64,000 nt of DNA from Clostridia bacterium. GTDB taxonomy: Bacteria; Bacillota; Clostridia; Christensenellales; UBA1242. The stretch covers positions 8,280 to 72,279 of the forward strand of contig JAZSJW010000031.1 in the NCBI GenBank assembly GCA_045534555.1, in the 5' to 3' direction. The notes under the pieces are model-generated. The model was not told the DNA's origin. It worked only from the letters and a program-made list of their open reading frames with translations, and searched no databases. Below, one piece after another: positions 27,654 to 37,908 of this stretch (position 1 is its first letter; each line of letters begins with the position of its first letter). The translations under genes were made by a program, and so were the position numbers.

Positions 27654-28841
27654 ATGAATAAGAAAACTTTTAAAGATATAGAAGTTTCTGGCAAAAAAGT
27701 TTTTGTTAGAGTAGACTTCAACGTTCCTATGGACGAAAACTATAAAATTTTAGATGATACAAGAATTAGAGCCGCAATTCCTACAATTAACTATTTAGTT
27801 CACCAAGGGGCTAGAGTTATTTTATGTTCGCATCTTGGTAGACCAAAGGGAATGTTTAATCCTAAATATTCTTTAGCTCCAGTAGCTAAAAGGCTCGGGG
27901 AGCTTCTTCAAATGCCAATTAAACTTGCAAGTGACTGTATTGGTGAAAGTGCTAATAAACTTACAAGTGAAATGCAAAATGGTGAAGTTGTAATGCTTGA
28001 GAACATTAGGTTCTATAAGGAAGAAGAAGAGAATGATGATAACTTTGCAAAAGATTTAGCATCTTTAGCAGAAATTTATGTAAATGATGCATTCGGTGCA
28101 GCACATAGAGCACATGCATCAACAGCGGGTATTGCACGTCACTTACCAGCAGTTGCAGGCTTTTTGATGAGTGAGGAAATAGTTTCCTTATCAAAGGCTG
28201 TAGAGCAAGCTGTACCACCATTTGTTGTTGTACTCGGTGGTGCTAAAATTTCAGATAAAATTGGAGTTATTGGTAAATTATTAAGAAAAGCTAATGTTTT
28301 TGTAATTGGTGGAGCTATGGCAAATACTTTTATTGCTGCAAAAGGCGGTAATCTAGGTATGAGTAGATACGAAAAGGATAAAATTGAAGTAGCTAAAGCA
28401 ATTTTAGAAGAAGCGGAAAAACTTAATGTTAAAGTGGTATTGCCAATTGATGTTGTTGTTTCAAGAGAGTTTGCACCTAATGCAAAAGCAAAGACTGTTG
28501 ACGCATACAACATTCCAGAGGGATATCAAGGAATGGATATTGGTCCAAAAACAAGAAAATTGTTTGCTCAAGAAATTAAAAAGGCAAAAACTATAGTTTG
28601 GAATGGTCCTTTAGGGGTTTATGAATTTAAAAAATTCCAAAAAGGTACTAAGAAAATTGCTAAAGCTGTAGCTAAAGCAGAAGCTGTTAGTGTTATCGGC
28701 GGTGGGGATAGTGTTGCTGCAATAACTGAACTAGGTTATGCATCTAAGGTAACGCACTTATCTACTGGTGGCGGAGCAACTTTGAAATTCTTGGAAGGGG
28801 CTGTTCTTCCTGGCGTTGAGATGCTTGAAGATAAAGAATAA
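27654..28841 (+). CDS. pgk: Phosphoglycerate kinase
   Basis: RVDFNVP, SHLGRPKG, NDAFGAAHRAHAS, GGGDS, STGGGA. Confidence 0.98.
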   Translation: MNKKTFKDIEVSGKKVFVRVDFNVPMDENYKILDDTRIRAAIPTINYLVHQGARVILCSHLGRPKGMFNPKYSLAPVAKRLGELLQMPIKLASDCIGESANKLTSEMQNGEVVMLENIRFYKEEEENDDNFAKDLASLAEIYVNDAFGAAHRAHASTAGIARHLPAVAGFLMSEEIVSLSKAVEQAVPPFVVVLGGAKISDKIGVIGKLLRKANVFVIGGAMANTFIAAKGGNLGMSRYEKDKIEVAKAILEEAEKLNVKVVLPIDVVVSREFAPNAKAKTVDAYNIPEGYQGMDIGPKTRKLFAQEIKKAKTIVWNGPLGVYEFKKFQKGTKKIAKAVAKAEAVSVIGGGDSVAAITELGYASKVTHLSTGGGATLKFLEGAVLPGVEMLEDKE

Positions 28842-28853
28842 TAGGAGCTATTT

Positions 28854-29573
28854 ATGAAAAAGTGGATTGTTGCTAACTTTAAAATGTATAAAACATTAGA
28901 TGAAATTGAGGAGTATGTTAAAGCTTTTGTTCCTCAAGTAGAACTATGCAAAAACAATGTTGTTGTTTGCCCATCATTTATTGGTATAAACTCAATGGCT
29001 GATGATTTTTTAGGAACTGGCTTAATGGTTGGTGCTCAAAATTGTGCGGCTGAAGAAGAAGGTGCATTTACAGGCGAAGTGAGTGCAAAAATGATAAAGA
29101 GTGTGGGGGCCGATGTTGTTATTATTGGTCACAGTGAAAGAAGAAGATATTATCATGAAACTGATGATATTTTAGCAAAAAAATTAGGTGAAGCTCTTGA
29201 AGAAGGATTAACACCTATTGTGTGTTTAGCAGATGAGGGTGGTAACAGCCTTGAAGAAACAATAAAACAACAACTTGATGTCATTTTAAAAGATGTAACA
29301 AGTACAAATGTTATATTAGCATTTGAGCCGGTTTGGGCTATTGGTACAGGAAAAACTATGGCAACAGAGGACATAGAGCCAGCACTTGCATTAATTAAAA
29401 CGCTTGCAAAAGATTATCTTGGATATATGCCTGAGGTATTATATGGTGGAAGTGTAAATGCTAATAATGCAGAAGAAATACTAAAACTAAAATCTGTTGA
29501 TGGATTGCTAGTTGGTGGTGCAAGCAAAAATCCGTATGAGTTTGCAAAAATCTGCATGACCAATTGTGAATAG
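28854..29573 (+). CDS. tpiA: Triosephosphate isomerase
   Basis: NFKM, GAFTGEVS, IIGHSERR, FEPVWAIGTG, YGGSV, DGLLVGGAS. Confidence 0.96.
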   Translation: MKKWIVANFKMYKTLDEIEEYVKAFVPQVELCKNNVVVCPSFIGINSMADDFLGTGLMVGAQNCAAEEEGAFTGEVSAKMIKSVGADVVIIGHSERRRYYHETDDILAKKLGEALEEGLTPIVCLADEGGNSLEETIKQQLDVILKDVTSTNVILAFEPVWAIGTGKTMATEDIEPALALIKTLAKDYLGYMPEVLYGGSVNANNAEEILKLKSVDGLLVGGASKNPYEFAKICMTNCE

Positions 29574-29626
29574 TCAATATTGACTTTTTATAAGGTATGT
29601 GTTAAAATCTGAGTAGGTAAAAAAAT

Positions 29627-29854
29627 ATGCAAAATTTATTATTTAATTTGAATATGATACTCGCACAAACTCCACAAGAGAAAAAACTAACTGTTTTATA
29701 TGTAAGTTTGTTCGCTTTTCTATGTTTAATGCTTTGGATTGATACTAGAGAAAGAAAAGTTCTTGTCGGAGGAAATAAGCTTTTAGCTAAAATTATTATT
29801 TTTATGCTATTTATCTCACTAATAGCCATGGCAGTTTTATATTTTGTAGCATAA
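29627..29854 (+). CDS. Small two-TM membrane protein
   Basis: Own promoter (TTGACT...TAAAAT) and two hydrophobic helices. Confidence 0.6.
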   Translation: MQNLLFNLNMILAQTPQEKKLTVLYVSLFAFLCLMLWIDTRERKVLVGGNKLLAKIIIFMLFISLIAMAVLYFVA

Positions 29855-29920
29855 AAAAGTTAAAACTGCTTGCGGGTGAGTTGTTTATGTGCTATAATAC
29901 TAGCGTTTTCGGAGGAAATT

Positions 29921-30253
29921 ATGAATAATTTTATTAATGTTGTAAGTTTAGTTGCTGCTAATGATGCAGAAATGCCGGCATGGGTTGTTAATTCATTCCC
30001 AACAATCAAGATTGTTTTAGCAGTTCTTATTTGTATTTGTGCAATATTTATTATTGTAGCAGTTCTTTGTCAAAAGACAGAAGCTGGTGGTGGTTCAAAC
30101 GCTATTACTGGTCAAGCTGATACTTTCTATAATAGAAACAAAGGCGAATCTTTACAAGGTAAAGTGAAGAAGTGGACTGTTATTGCATCTATCGTAATCA
30201 TGGTTTTATGTATTGCATTCTTAATTATTAATACAATTTACAAAGGTTATTAA
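29921..30253 (+). CDS. secG: Preprotein translocase subunit SecG
   Basis: GGAGG RBS at ATG 29921; IIVAVLCQ...GGG.NAITG...; two TM helices. Confidence 0.85.
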   Translation: MNNFINVVSLVAANDAEMPAWVVNSFPTIKIVLAVLICICAIFIIVAVLCQKTEAGGGSNAITGQADTFYNRNKGESLQGKVKKWTVIASIVIMVLCIAFLIINTIYKGY

Positions 30254-30352
30254 TATTTGGTGGAGCTTTAAGCTCCATCTTTTTTTATTACAATGTATAA
30301 TTTCATATTTAAGACAAATACTAAAATTAATAAGTAAGGGGAGGTTTTAGGT

Positions 30353-30583
30353 ATGATTATTGCAAACATTGTAGCTTTGTCAATTATGCTTCTAGGTTCA
30401 TTAAACTGGTTCTTAGTTGGTGTGTTTTCATGGAACTTAATCACAGCCATTTTTGGTCTTGGAGTAGTGACAAGAATTTTATATGCAATAGTTGGCTTAG
30501 CTGGTATTTGGATGCTAATTCAACTTATCATGAGAAGAACAAGATTATTTTCTAGAGATACAAACGTGAAAACAACAAAATAA
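30353..30583 (+). CDS. DUF378 (YuzA-like) membrane protein
   Basis: LGSLNWFLVG...NLITAIFG...RILYAIVGLAG. Confidence 0.9.
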   Translation: MIIANIVALSIMLLGSLNWFLVGVFSWNLITAIFGLGVVTRILYAIVGLAGIWMLIQLIMRRTRLFSRDTNVKTTK

Positions 30584-30681
30584 AATAAAATTAATAAGAG
30601 CCAAAAAAGGCTCTTTTTTTATTTATAAATTGTTTGCTAGAAATCAAAAATCGGTTATAATAATATTATGGAGAGTATGGT

Positions 30682-32442
30682 ATGAAATTTACTACAGACT
30701 GGGATTTAACCGATATTTATGTAACTCAAGAAGAAGCTTTACTAGATTTTGAAAAAATTAAGAGTTTGGCTCAAGAAGAGGTTAAGTTTAAAGGTAAACT
30801 AAACAATAAAAAATCAATTCTAGAATATTTTAAGATTAGTGAAGAGCTATCTAAAATTGAAACAAAGTTTTATTGTTATTTGTCTTTAAGAAAGTCACTT
30901 GATGGGAAAGATGCTTTTGCAAGAGAGCTTGAAGTAAAATCGGAATATTTTTGGTTAGAGATGGGGCCAAAACTTTCTTTTGTTGAACCAGAACTAATGA
31001 AAAATAAATCAAGTGATTTGCTTAAATACTCAACAGAAAAAGAATTTAAAAATTATGACTTAGATATTGTTGATTTAGTAGAACAAAAGAAACATATTTT
31101 AGGTGAGAGAATAAGTTCTGTCCTTAGTCAGAATGCTGCTTTTGGCTCTAATGAGCAGGTTTTTGATAGCTTTAATGATATTGATTTAAAGTTTGGAACA
31201 GTAAAAACTGACAAAGGTAATGAAGTGTTGACGCATGCCTCTTATGGCACATTAGTAAAAAACAAAAATCCAAAGGTGAGGAAAGAAGCATATAATAAAA
31301 TGCATAAAGCTTTTGGAAATTTTAATTATACTTTAGGCGAACTTTATTTAAGTGATGTTAAAGAAAATTGTTTCTTTAATAAAATTCATAAATATAAGAA
31401 TATGCTTGATAGTTGTTGCTCTGAAGATAAAACATCACCAAAGGTTTTGTTTACACTAATAGATTGTGTTAGAGAAAATTTAAAAAGTTTTTATAGATTT
31501 CAAGACTTAAAGAAAAAAAGTTTAAAATTAAAAGAATATTATTGTTATGATAATTATTTAGATGTTGGTCTAAATAATAGAAAGTTTAGTTATGACGAGG
31601 CAACAAACATAGTACTAGATGCTCTTAAGGTTTTAGGAGAGGATTATATTTCGGTCTTGAAAAAAGCCTTTAATAACAGTTGGTTAGATGTTTATGAAAA
31701 ACAAGCAAAAACAAGTGGTGGTTTTTGCTTAACTGTGTATGGTGGTCACCCTTATGTTTTGTTAAACCATAATGATACCTATAGTGCTGTTTCAACAATT
31801 GCACATGAAATGGGGCATGCGATGCATGGATATTATTCAATAAATAATCAACCAATATCTAAAAGTGGAGCAAGTATATTTATTTGTGAAGTTGCTTCAA
31901 TTGTAAATGAGATATTGTTAAATCGTTATATGATAAACAATTCGAAAACAAGAGAAGAAAAACTATATTATGTGCACCAATTATTATTAAATTTTTATAC
32001 AACAATATTTAGGCAGACAATGTTTTCAGAGTTTGAACATTTTGTTTATAATAGTATTGAAAATAAAGTTCCAATAATGATTGAAGATTTAAACAAGAAA
32101 TATGATGAACTTCAAAAAACATATTTTGGAAAGGGAGCAAAATTGACCGAATATTCAAAATATGAATGGAGCAGAATACCGCATTTTTATAGACCATATT
32201 ATGTTTATAAATATGCAACTGGTTTTATTTCTGCATGTGCAATTGCTAGCAAAATTTTAAGTAAAGAAGAAGGGTATTTAGAAAAATACATTAAGTTTTT
32301 ATCTGCGGGTTCAAGCATAAAGCCTATTGAATTATTAAAAGAGGTCAGTGTAGATATAACTAAAAAAGCAACTTTAAATGAGGCTTTCAAGTTTTATGAA
32401 GAACTTTTAGATGAATTTGAAGAACTAACAAAGGAGAAATAA
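30682..32442 (+). CDS. pepF: Oligoendopeptidase F (M3B)
   Basis: WDLTDIY, HPYVLLN, HEMGHAMH, EVAS, WSRIPHFY. Confidence 0.95.
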   Translation: MKFTTDWDLTDIYVTQEEALLDFEKIKSLAQEEVKFKGKLNNKKSILEYFKISEELSKIETKFYCYLSLRKSLDGKDAFARELEVKSEYFWLEMGPKLSFVEPELMKNKSSDLLKYSTEKEFKNYDLDIVDLVEQKKHILGERISSVLSQNAAFGSNEQVFDSFNDIDLKFGTVKTDKGNEVLTHASYGTLVKNKNPKVRKEAYNKMHKAFGNFNYTLGELYLSDVKENCFFNKIHKYKNMLDSCCSEDKTSPKVLFTLIDCVRENLKSFYRFQDLKKKSLKLKEYYCYDNYLDVGLNNRKFSYDEATNIVLDALKVLGEDYISVLKKAFNNSWLDVYEKQAKTSGGFCLTVYGGHPYVLLNHNDTYSAVSTIAHEMGHAMHGYYSINNQPISKSGASIFICEVASIVNEILLNRYMINNSKTREEKLYYVHQLLLNFYTTIFRQTMFSEFEHFVYNSIENKVPIMIEDLNKKYDELQKTYFGKGAKLTEYSKYEWSRIPHFYRPYYVYKYATGFISACAIASKILSKEEGYLEKYIKFLSAGSSIKPIELLKEVSVDITKKATLNEAFKFYEELLDEFEELTKEK

Positions 32443-33057
32443 ATGTTTATAATTATTTCAGGGCCATCAGGCTCAGGAAAGTCCCCACTATTATATGACG
32501 CAGTTGAGACATATCCAAATATTAGAAAAATTCAGTCATATACCACAAGAAAAATAAGAAAGAATGAAGTTCAGGGTACATATATTTACTTAACTCATGC
32601 TCAATTTGAGGAAAAAATAAAAGAGGGCTTCTTTTTAGAGTATAATAAAGTCCATAAAGACCAACAGTATTATGGAACAGGGCTTAATTCCTTTAAGGAA
32701 GTTCAGGCTGAGAACAAGGTTGCAATAAAAGATATTGATGTCGACAGTTATAAAAACATTCGTGAAAAACACAAGGAATTAGATATAGTTGGTATTTATG
32801 TTACTGTGAAAAATAGGGGATTGTTGTTTGATAGACTTCGTGAAAGAGGAGAAACTGAAAGAACAATAAATATTCGCTTGTTTGATAGGGTGGATTACGA
32901 AAATTCGCAACAAAAGTATTATGACCATGTTGTTTATACAGATAATTTTGATAAGGCTATAGAAGATATGCACAAAATTATTGATTTTGAGTTTAAAAAA
33001 CGTGGCATAAAGGTTAAGAAGAATAAATCTCAAAAGAATAAAAAAATAATATTTTAA
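32443..33057 (+). CDS. gmk: Guanylate kinase
   Basis: SGPSGSGKS P-loop, SYTTR, FLEY, YYGT. Confidence 0.85.
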   Translation: MFIIISGPSGSGKSPLLYDAVETYPNIRKIQSYTTRKIRKNEVQGTYIYLTHAQFEEKIKEGFFLEYNKVHKDQQYYGTGLNSFKEVQAENKVAIKDIDVDSYKNIREKHKELDIVGIYVTVKNRGLLFDRLRERGETERTINIRLFDRVDYENSQQKYYDHVVYTDNFDKAIEDMHKIIDFEFKKRGIKVKKNKSQKNKKIIF

Positions 33058-33089
33058 AACAAAAAAATGTATCTATTTTAGATACATTT

Positions 33090-33602
33090 TTATTTTTTTA
33101 TTTGGTCTTTTATTAGAAATTGAGAGTATAATTTGTTTGCTATAGACTTTGTTGCATGATGAAGAGTGATGTTCCAAATGCTTTTTTCGTTAATGTTAGG
33201 GGTTAGGCTATTATTTGCGGAACATTTTAATTCTTCTTCTAAAATGTCACAAAATAGCTCGTATGCATGCTTTTCGTCATTATGTTTAATCTGTAATAAA
33301 ATAAAGGCTTTAACCTCTTCGAGAGAGAAAATTTGTTTTAAAAAGAAAATTGTAAAGATATAAGCGATATGTCTACGTGTATATTTTTTGCCTTTTGGCG
33401 GAGGTATTAAACCGTTCTTAACATAGTTATTTATCATTGTTGAGGTAATGAAGTTTTTTTCGCTTTCATAAGGGAATATAGAAAAATACTTCTTAACATA
33501 AATGATAACTTGGTCCATATATAATTCTAGGTCTGGAATTTCATCTATTCTAGGAAGTTTAAAGTCACTTATTAACTTGTTGTAGCTACTTATATTTTGC
33601 AT
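33090..33602 (-). CDS. DUF1836 family putative transcriptional regulator
   Basis: LP..EIPDLELYMDQV, ITSTMINNYVK.GLIPPP..KKY; likely start ATG 33602. Confidence 0.9.
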   Translation of the reverse strand: MQNISSYNKLISDFKLPRIDEIPDLELYMDQVIIYVKKYFSIFPYESEKNFITSTMINNYVKNGLIPPPKGKKYTRRHIAYIFTIFFLKQIFSLEEVKAFILLQIKHNDEKHAYELFCDILEEELKCSANNSLTPNINEKSIWNITLHHATKSIANKLYSQFLIKDQIKK

Positions 33603-33696
33603 ATCAATTCTCTTATATAAGTATATTAGCATATTACCACATAATTTGCAAATGTTTGAGATATTAGTTGACATAAATAAAACATATCATATAAAA

Positions 33697-33711
33697 TAGT
33701 TTTGAAAACTA
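33697..33711. promoter_or_regulatory. Palindromic operator candidate between DUF1836 and degV
   Basis: TAGTTTT-G-AAAACTA perfect inverted repeat abutting the degV promoter (TTGACA 33668, TAAAAT 33692). Confidence 0.55.
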
Positions 33712-33760
33712 GATTACATAATTTGAAAATCTATTTAATATGCTTTTGTAGAGGGAAATA

Positions 33761-34618
33761 ATGAAAAAAATTATATTATCAATAGAAGAAACTTGTGATA
33801 TTTCAAACGAAGAATTAGATAAAATGGGTGTAAAGCATATCCCCTTATCTTATAGAAACGAAACAACAGGGGAAGAAGATCCAAAACTAACACTTCATGA
33901 ATTTTATGACGAAATAAGAAACGGAGCAACATTTAAAACAAGTCTTATTAATGAATATGAGTTTAATGAGTTTTTTAATGAAATTGTTAAAGAGGGTGAT
34001 GTTCTTCATATAGGTTTTGATGGTGCTGTTAGTGGAACAAATAAATGTGCAGAAGCTGCCGCAATAGAAATTAATAAAACAAGCGAAAACAAGATTTATG
34101 TTACAGATACATTAACAGGTGCTGGTGGTCAAGCAATAATTTTGAGAGAAGTTATTAAAAGAATAAATGAAGGCAAAACTATTGAGGAGTTGGTTGAATT
34201 CATTAATGATTTCAAAACAAGAGTAAGTTTAAACTTTTCTCCAGAAGACATGAAAACCTTGGCAAAAAGTGGAAGGCTAAGTAAAATTGTTGCTATGATT
34301 GGTGGAATTTTAAATATAAAACCGGTAATATTTTTAAATGATGAGGGAAAATTCCAAGTAAGAAATAAAGTTATTGGAAGAAAAAAAGCTTTAAATAAAA
34401 TGATAGAGCAATTTAAGGAAACCTATAATTTTGAAAGTGAATATGTTTATGTTCTTCACGGTGATAAAATAGAAGATGCTGATTATATCGTAAATGAAAT
34501 AAAAAAAGATGAGAAGTTTAAAGATGTTAATTTCATTATAGATCTTCTTGGGGTAATAGTTGGGGCTCACGGTGGGCCGGGAAATATTTGTTTAACATAT
34601 ACAGCAAATAATAGATAA
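33761..34618 (+). CDS. DegV family fatty acid-binding protein (FakB-like)
   Basis: TCD, KTS, VSGT, LAKSGR, LNIKPVI, GAHGGPG. Confidence 0.93.
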   Translation: MKKIILSIEETCDISNEELDKMGVKHIPLSYRNETTGEEDPKLTLHEFYDEIRNGATFKTSLINEYEFNEFFNEIVKEGDVLHIGFDGAVSGTNKCAEAAAIEINKTSENKIYVTDTLTGAGGQAIILREVIKRINEGKTIEELVEFINDFKTRVSLNFSPEDMKTLAKSGRLSKIVAMIGGILNIKPVIFLNDEGKFQVRNKVIGRKKALNKMIEQFKETYNFESEYVYVLHGDKIEDADYIVNEIKKDEKFKDVNFIIDLLGVIVGAHGGPGNICLTYTANNR

Positions 34619-34701
34619 AAATAAAAGCAATCTGATAAGGATTGCTTTTTTAAAGAATAATTTTTTACTGATAGCTAAAGACTATTAATGGGGGAGATAA
34701 A

Positions 34702-35172
34702 ATGAGGTTGTTTACAATTTGTTCTATCTTATTATTTATCTTTTTTCCAGGAGGGAAAATGGGAAAGTTTGAAAATATTACTGATAGTTTCAGCATGGTA
34801 GTAAGTATGCGAATTACAATAGAAAATATGGATAAAGAATTAACAAAAGGCGATGACAAGTTTGAGGAGATTTTAAAAGCTTTAAATAATATAACCGAAT
34901 ATGCTCATGATATGCCCGCATTTGGTGTTAGTTTAGATAATTTGACTAAAGAGGAAATGAAAACAGGAATGTGGCTGGAACTTGGGTTTGATAAGACGTA
35001 TATGTTTAATGAAATGCCGTTTGATGCATTACTTATTAAAGTTGAAAAAGATGTTTATGGATTTAATTTAATTAGGAGAAACAATGGCAAATATGAAGGA
35101 AGATGTTTCTACCTTAGTTTAGATGAAAGCATGGACGAATTATATAATGTTATAAATGCTATTTCTTTATAA
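34702..35172 (+). CDS. Hypothetical protein (alternative start 34759)
   Basis: RBS before both ATGs; terminator shared with the convergent gene. Confidence 0.7.
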   Translation: MRLFTICSILLFIFFPGGKMGKFENITDSFSMVVSMRITIENMDKELTKGDDKFEEILKALNNITEYAHDMPAFGVSLDNLTKEEMKTGMWLELGFDKTYMFNEMPFDALLIKVEKDVYGFNLIRRNNGKYEGRCFYLSLDESMDELYNVINAISL

Positions 35173-35206
35173 CAGAAATAAAACCACAGCAGATGCTGTG
35201 GTTTTT

Positions 35207-35644
35207 CTATTTTACAATTTCTTCAAAAAATTCGTCATAAGAAGTTATTTTTCTGTCCTCATCAACTGATTGTTTTATATCATCTAAAAGCATAGCAAGA
35301 GTGAGGTCTAGTTTATATAAAGTTATTGATAAATCTTGATGAATTTGGTTTGCATATTTTAACCTTTTAGCAAGATTTCTACGAGTGTCACTTTCTTTTG
35401 ATAAATCTCTAACTGTTGACAAGTTTAAGGCATATTGATAGTGACCATTATGAATACGAGATAATATATCAAGATTATCCTTAAGTCTATTTTGCAAAGC
35501 TTGTAAGACTATTTCTTTTTGCATTGGTGAAACATATTTTAAGTCTTCAAAGCCTTGAGATATTTTTACAGCACTACGCATTTCTTTACTTGCTTCCTTA
35601 AACGTTTTGCTTGAAATATCTAGATACATTTGCTCTTTTTCCAT
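35207..35644 (-). CDS. Hypothetical helical protein
   Basis: 145-aa ORF with upstream TTGACT..TATACT promoter and convergent terminator. Confidence 0.7.
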   Translation of the reverse strand: MEKEQMYLDISSKTFKEASKEMRSAVKISQGFEDLKYVSPMQKEIVLQALQNRLKDNLDILSRIHNGHYQYALNLSTVRDLSKESDTRRNLAKRLKYANQIHQDLSITLYKLDLTLAMLLDDIKQSVDEDRKITSYDEFFEEIVK

Positions 35645-35741
35645 ACTTTATCCCAACCTTACTAATAAAAGTATAACATGGCTTTTTTAAGTAGTCAATA
35701 CAGATTTCAATAAAAAAGCACCACATTTTGTGGTGCATGTA

Positions 35742-36485
35742 TTATTTTCTTGCAATAACGTGGATACGGTTTCTTTCTTCAGTATTTGCTATTGGTTCAA
35801 GAGCGAAGTCGAGTAGGGAAACATTTTTAAACCCTGCTTTTTTAAGGGCATCAACAATAAGCTCGTTTTCAAAATAAGCTTCTACTAAAACGTCAAAAGT
35901 TTTTTGATATAGATTTTGCTCATTTTTAATATAGTATATTTCATTAATAACACACTTATTATCCATACCTTTCTTGATATTTCTAACATGGTCCATAGTA
36001 TCACTTTCTTCAAAGCAAACTTCATTCCAATTTTCAAGTTTTTTCTTTGTATAATAGTCAAACATGAAAACTCCACCTTTAGATAAAGAAGAGTAAACGT
36101 TTTTAAACATGTCTTGCCATTCAGAGAATTTTTCTTGCATGTTTACAACATCATGGTTGCAAGTTATAACATCAAATTTGCCTTTGATTGAAATGTCACT
36201 TACAGATTTTGCTATCTTAAAGGTGATATTTGGATATTTTTCTTTAGAAAAATCAATCATGCTTTGAGCAATCTCTGTTCCTGCGCAAGCAAACCCAGCT
36301 TTAGCGAAGTAGCTTAAAAATTCACCAGTTCCAGAGCAAATATCAAGGCATGTTTTTGCTCCAATATTGTTTTTGTTTAAATATGCAAGTAAATTTTGTG
36401 CTAATTGATAGGAAAAACCACCTTGATCCGCACTCCAAGCGGCAGCATAGTTTTTATCAAAAGAGTTTTTAACGTATTTATCCAT
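35742..36485 (-). CDS. Class I SAM-dependent methyltransferase
   Basis: LDICSGTG motif I, FDVITC, GGVFMFD. Confidence 0.9.
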   Translation of the reverse strand: MDKYVKNSFDKNYAAAWSADQGGFSYQLAQNLLAYLNKNNIGAKTCLDICSGTGEFLSYFAKAGFACAGTEIAQSMIDFSKEKYPNITFKIAKSVSDISIKGKFDVITCNHDVVNMQEKFSEWQDMFKNVYSSLSKGGVFMFDYYTKKKLENWNEVCFEESDTMDHVRNIKKGMDNKCVINEIYYIKNEQNLYQKTFDVLVEAYFENELIVDALKKAGFKNVSLLDFALEPIANTEERNRIHVIARK

Positions 36486-36612
36486 AGGAAATCCTCCATT
36501 AATTAAGTTTATTATAGCACATAAAAAACATAAAAATAAAATGATTTTTAACTACTAATTAAATTTTTAATTAATTTAATATATAAAAAATAAAAAAATT
36601 AATCAAAAACAC

Positions 36613-36641
36613 TTGATATCGAACATTTGTTTGATTATAAT
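36613..36641 (+). promoter_or_regulatory. LexA-regulated dinB promoter with SOS box
   Basis: TTGATA (36613), 17 bp, TATAAT (36636); CGAACATTTGTTTG (36620-36633) matches the Bacillota GAAC-N4-GTTY box. Confidence 0.8.
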
Positions 36642-36648
36642 AAAAACT

Positions 36649-37908
36649 ATGAGAACAATACTTCATAGTGATTTGAATAATTTTTATGCCTCAGTGGAAT
36701 GTCTTCTAGACCCAAGTCTAGATGGTTTTCCTGTTGTCGTTTGTGGAAAAACAGAAGATAGGCATGGAATTGTTCTTGCTAAAAACATGATTGCGAAAAA
36801 GGCTGGGGTAAAAACAGGTATGGTTTTGCATGAGGCAAGAAGGCTTTGCCCTGATGTGAAGTGCGTAGAGGCTCATCATGATTTATACTTAAAGTACTCA
36901 AGGGCGGTAAGGAGAATATATCTTGAATATACAGACCAAGTTGAACCCTTTGGTATAGATGAGGCATGGCTTGATGTTACGGGTTCTCCAAAACATAATG
37001 GTAATGGATATTTAATTGCTGAAGAAATAAGGCAAAGAATAAAAGATGAAATTGGGCTTACCGTTTCAATTGGTGTTAGTTTCAATAAGGTTTTCGCAAA
37101 GTTAGGGTCAGATATTAAAAAGCCAGATGCAGTGACGGTTATTGCTAAAGATGATTTTAAAAAGATTTTGTGGAAACTTCCTGCTAGTGATTTATTGTAT
37201 GTCGGTCGTGCAACAACAGAAAAACTTGAAAAGCTTACAATAAAAACTATTGGTCAATTAGCAACTTTTGATAAATCCATACTCATTAACAAATTGGGTA
37301 AATGGGGAGAAGTGTTACAAAGCTATGCACAAGGAAAAGACCAAGACCCAGTTAGAAAGTATGAAGAAAGGGAAGAAATAAAATCGGTAGGCAACAGTTT
37401 AACCTATTATAGAGATATAAAAACAGATGATGATGTTTATGCACTTTTGATACTCTTAGCGGAAAGTGTTTGTGCGAGAATGAAAAGAGATGGTTTTAAA
37501 CTTGCAAGAACTATTTGTTTGACAATTACTAAAAACACACTAGAAAGTGTTACAAGAATGTGTAAAGCAGACCCAGCGACAGGGTTAAGTCATGAAATAG
37601 CAGATTATGCCTTTGAGTTATTTAAGAAAAATTTTAACTGGAACCAAGGTTTAGTAAGAGGGCTTGGAATTAGTGTTCGTGATTTTACAGAAGCAGAGCA
37701 ACTGAATTTTGCAGGGGAAGAGCAAAAGAGGGATAAAATCTCAAGGTTGGAAAATGCTGTAGAGAATGTCCGTTCTAGATTTGGTCGAGGGGCTATAAAC
37801 AGAGGTATTATACTTACAGATGACCATATGAAAGAAATGAATATTGCAAATGATGTTGGCGCTTTAGCAAATGAAAAAGTTAATGGAAATGTTGGTTTAT
37901 TTAACTAA
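36649..37908 (+). CDS. dinB: DNA polymerase IV (Y family)
   Basis: ILHSDLNNFYASVE, GIDEAWLD, AKLGSD.KKP; start ATG 36649. Confidence 0.95.
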   Translation: MRTILHSDLNNFYASVECLLDPSLDGFPVVVCGKTEDRHGIVLAKNMIAKKAGVKTGMVLHEARRLCPDVKCVEAHHDLYLKYSRAVRRIYLEYTDQVEPFGIDEAWLDVTGSPKHNGNGYLIAEEIRQRIKDEIGLTVSIGVSFNKVFAKLGSDIKKPDAVTVIAKDDFKKILWKLPASDLLYVGRATTEKLEKLTIKTIGQLATFDKSILINKLGKWGEVLQSYAQGKDQDPVRKYEEREEIKSVGNSLTYYRDIKTDDDVYALLILLAESVCARMKRDGFKLARTICLTITKNTLESVTRMCKADPATGLSHEIADYAFELFKKNFNWNQGLVRGLGISVRDFTEAEQLNFAGEEQKRDKISRLENAVENVRSRFGRGAINRGIILTDDHMKEMNIANDVGALANEKVNGNVGLFN

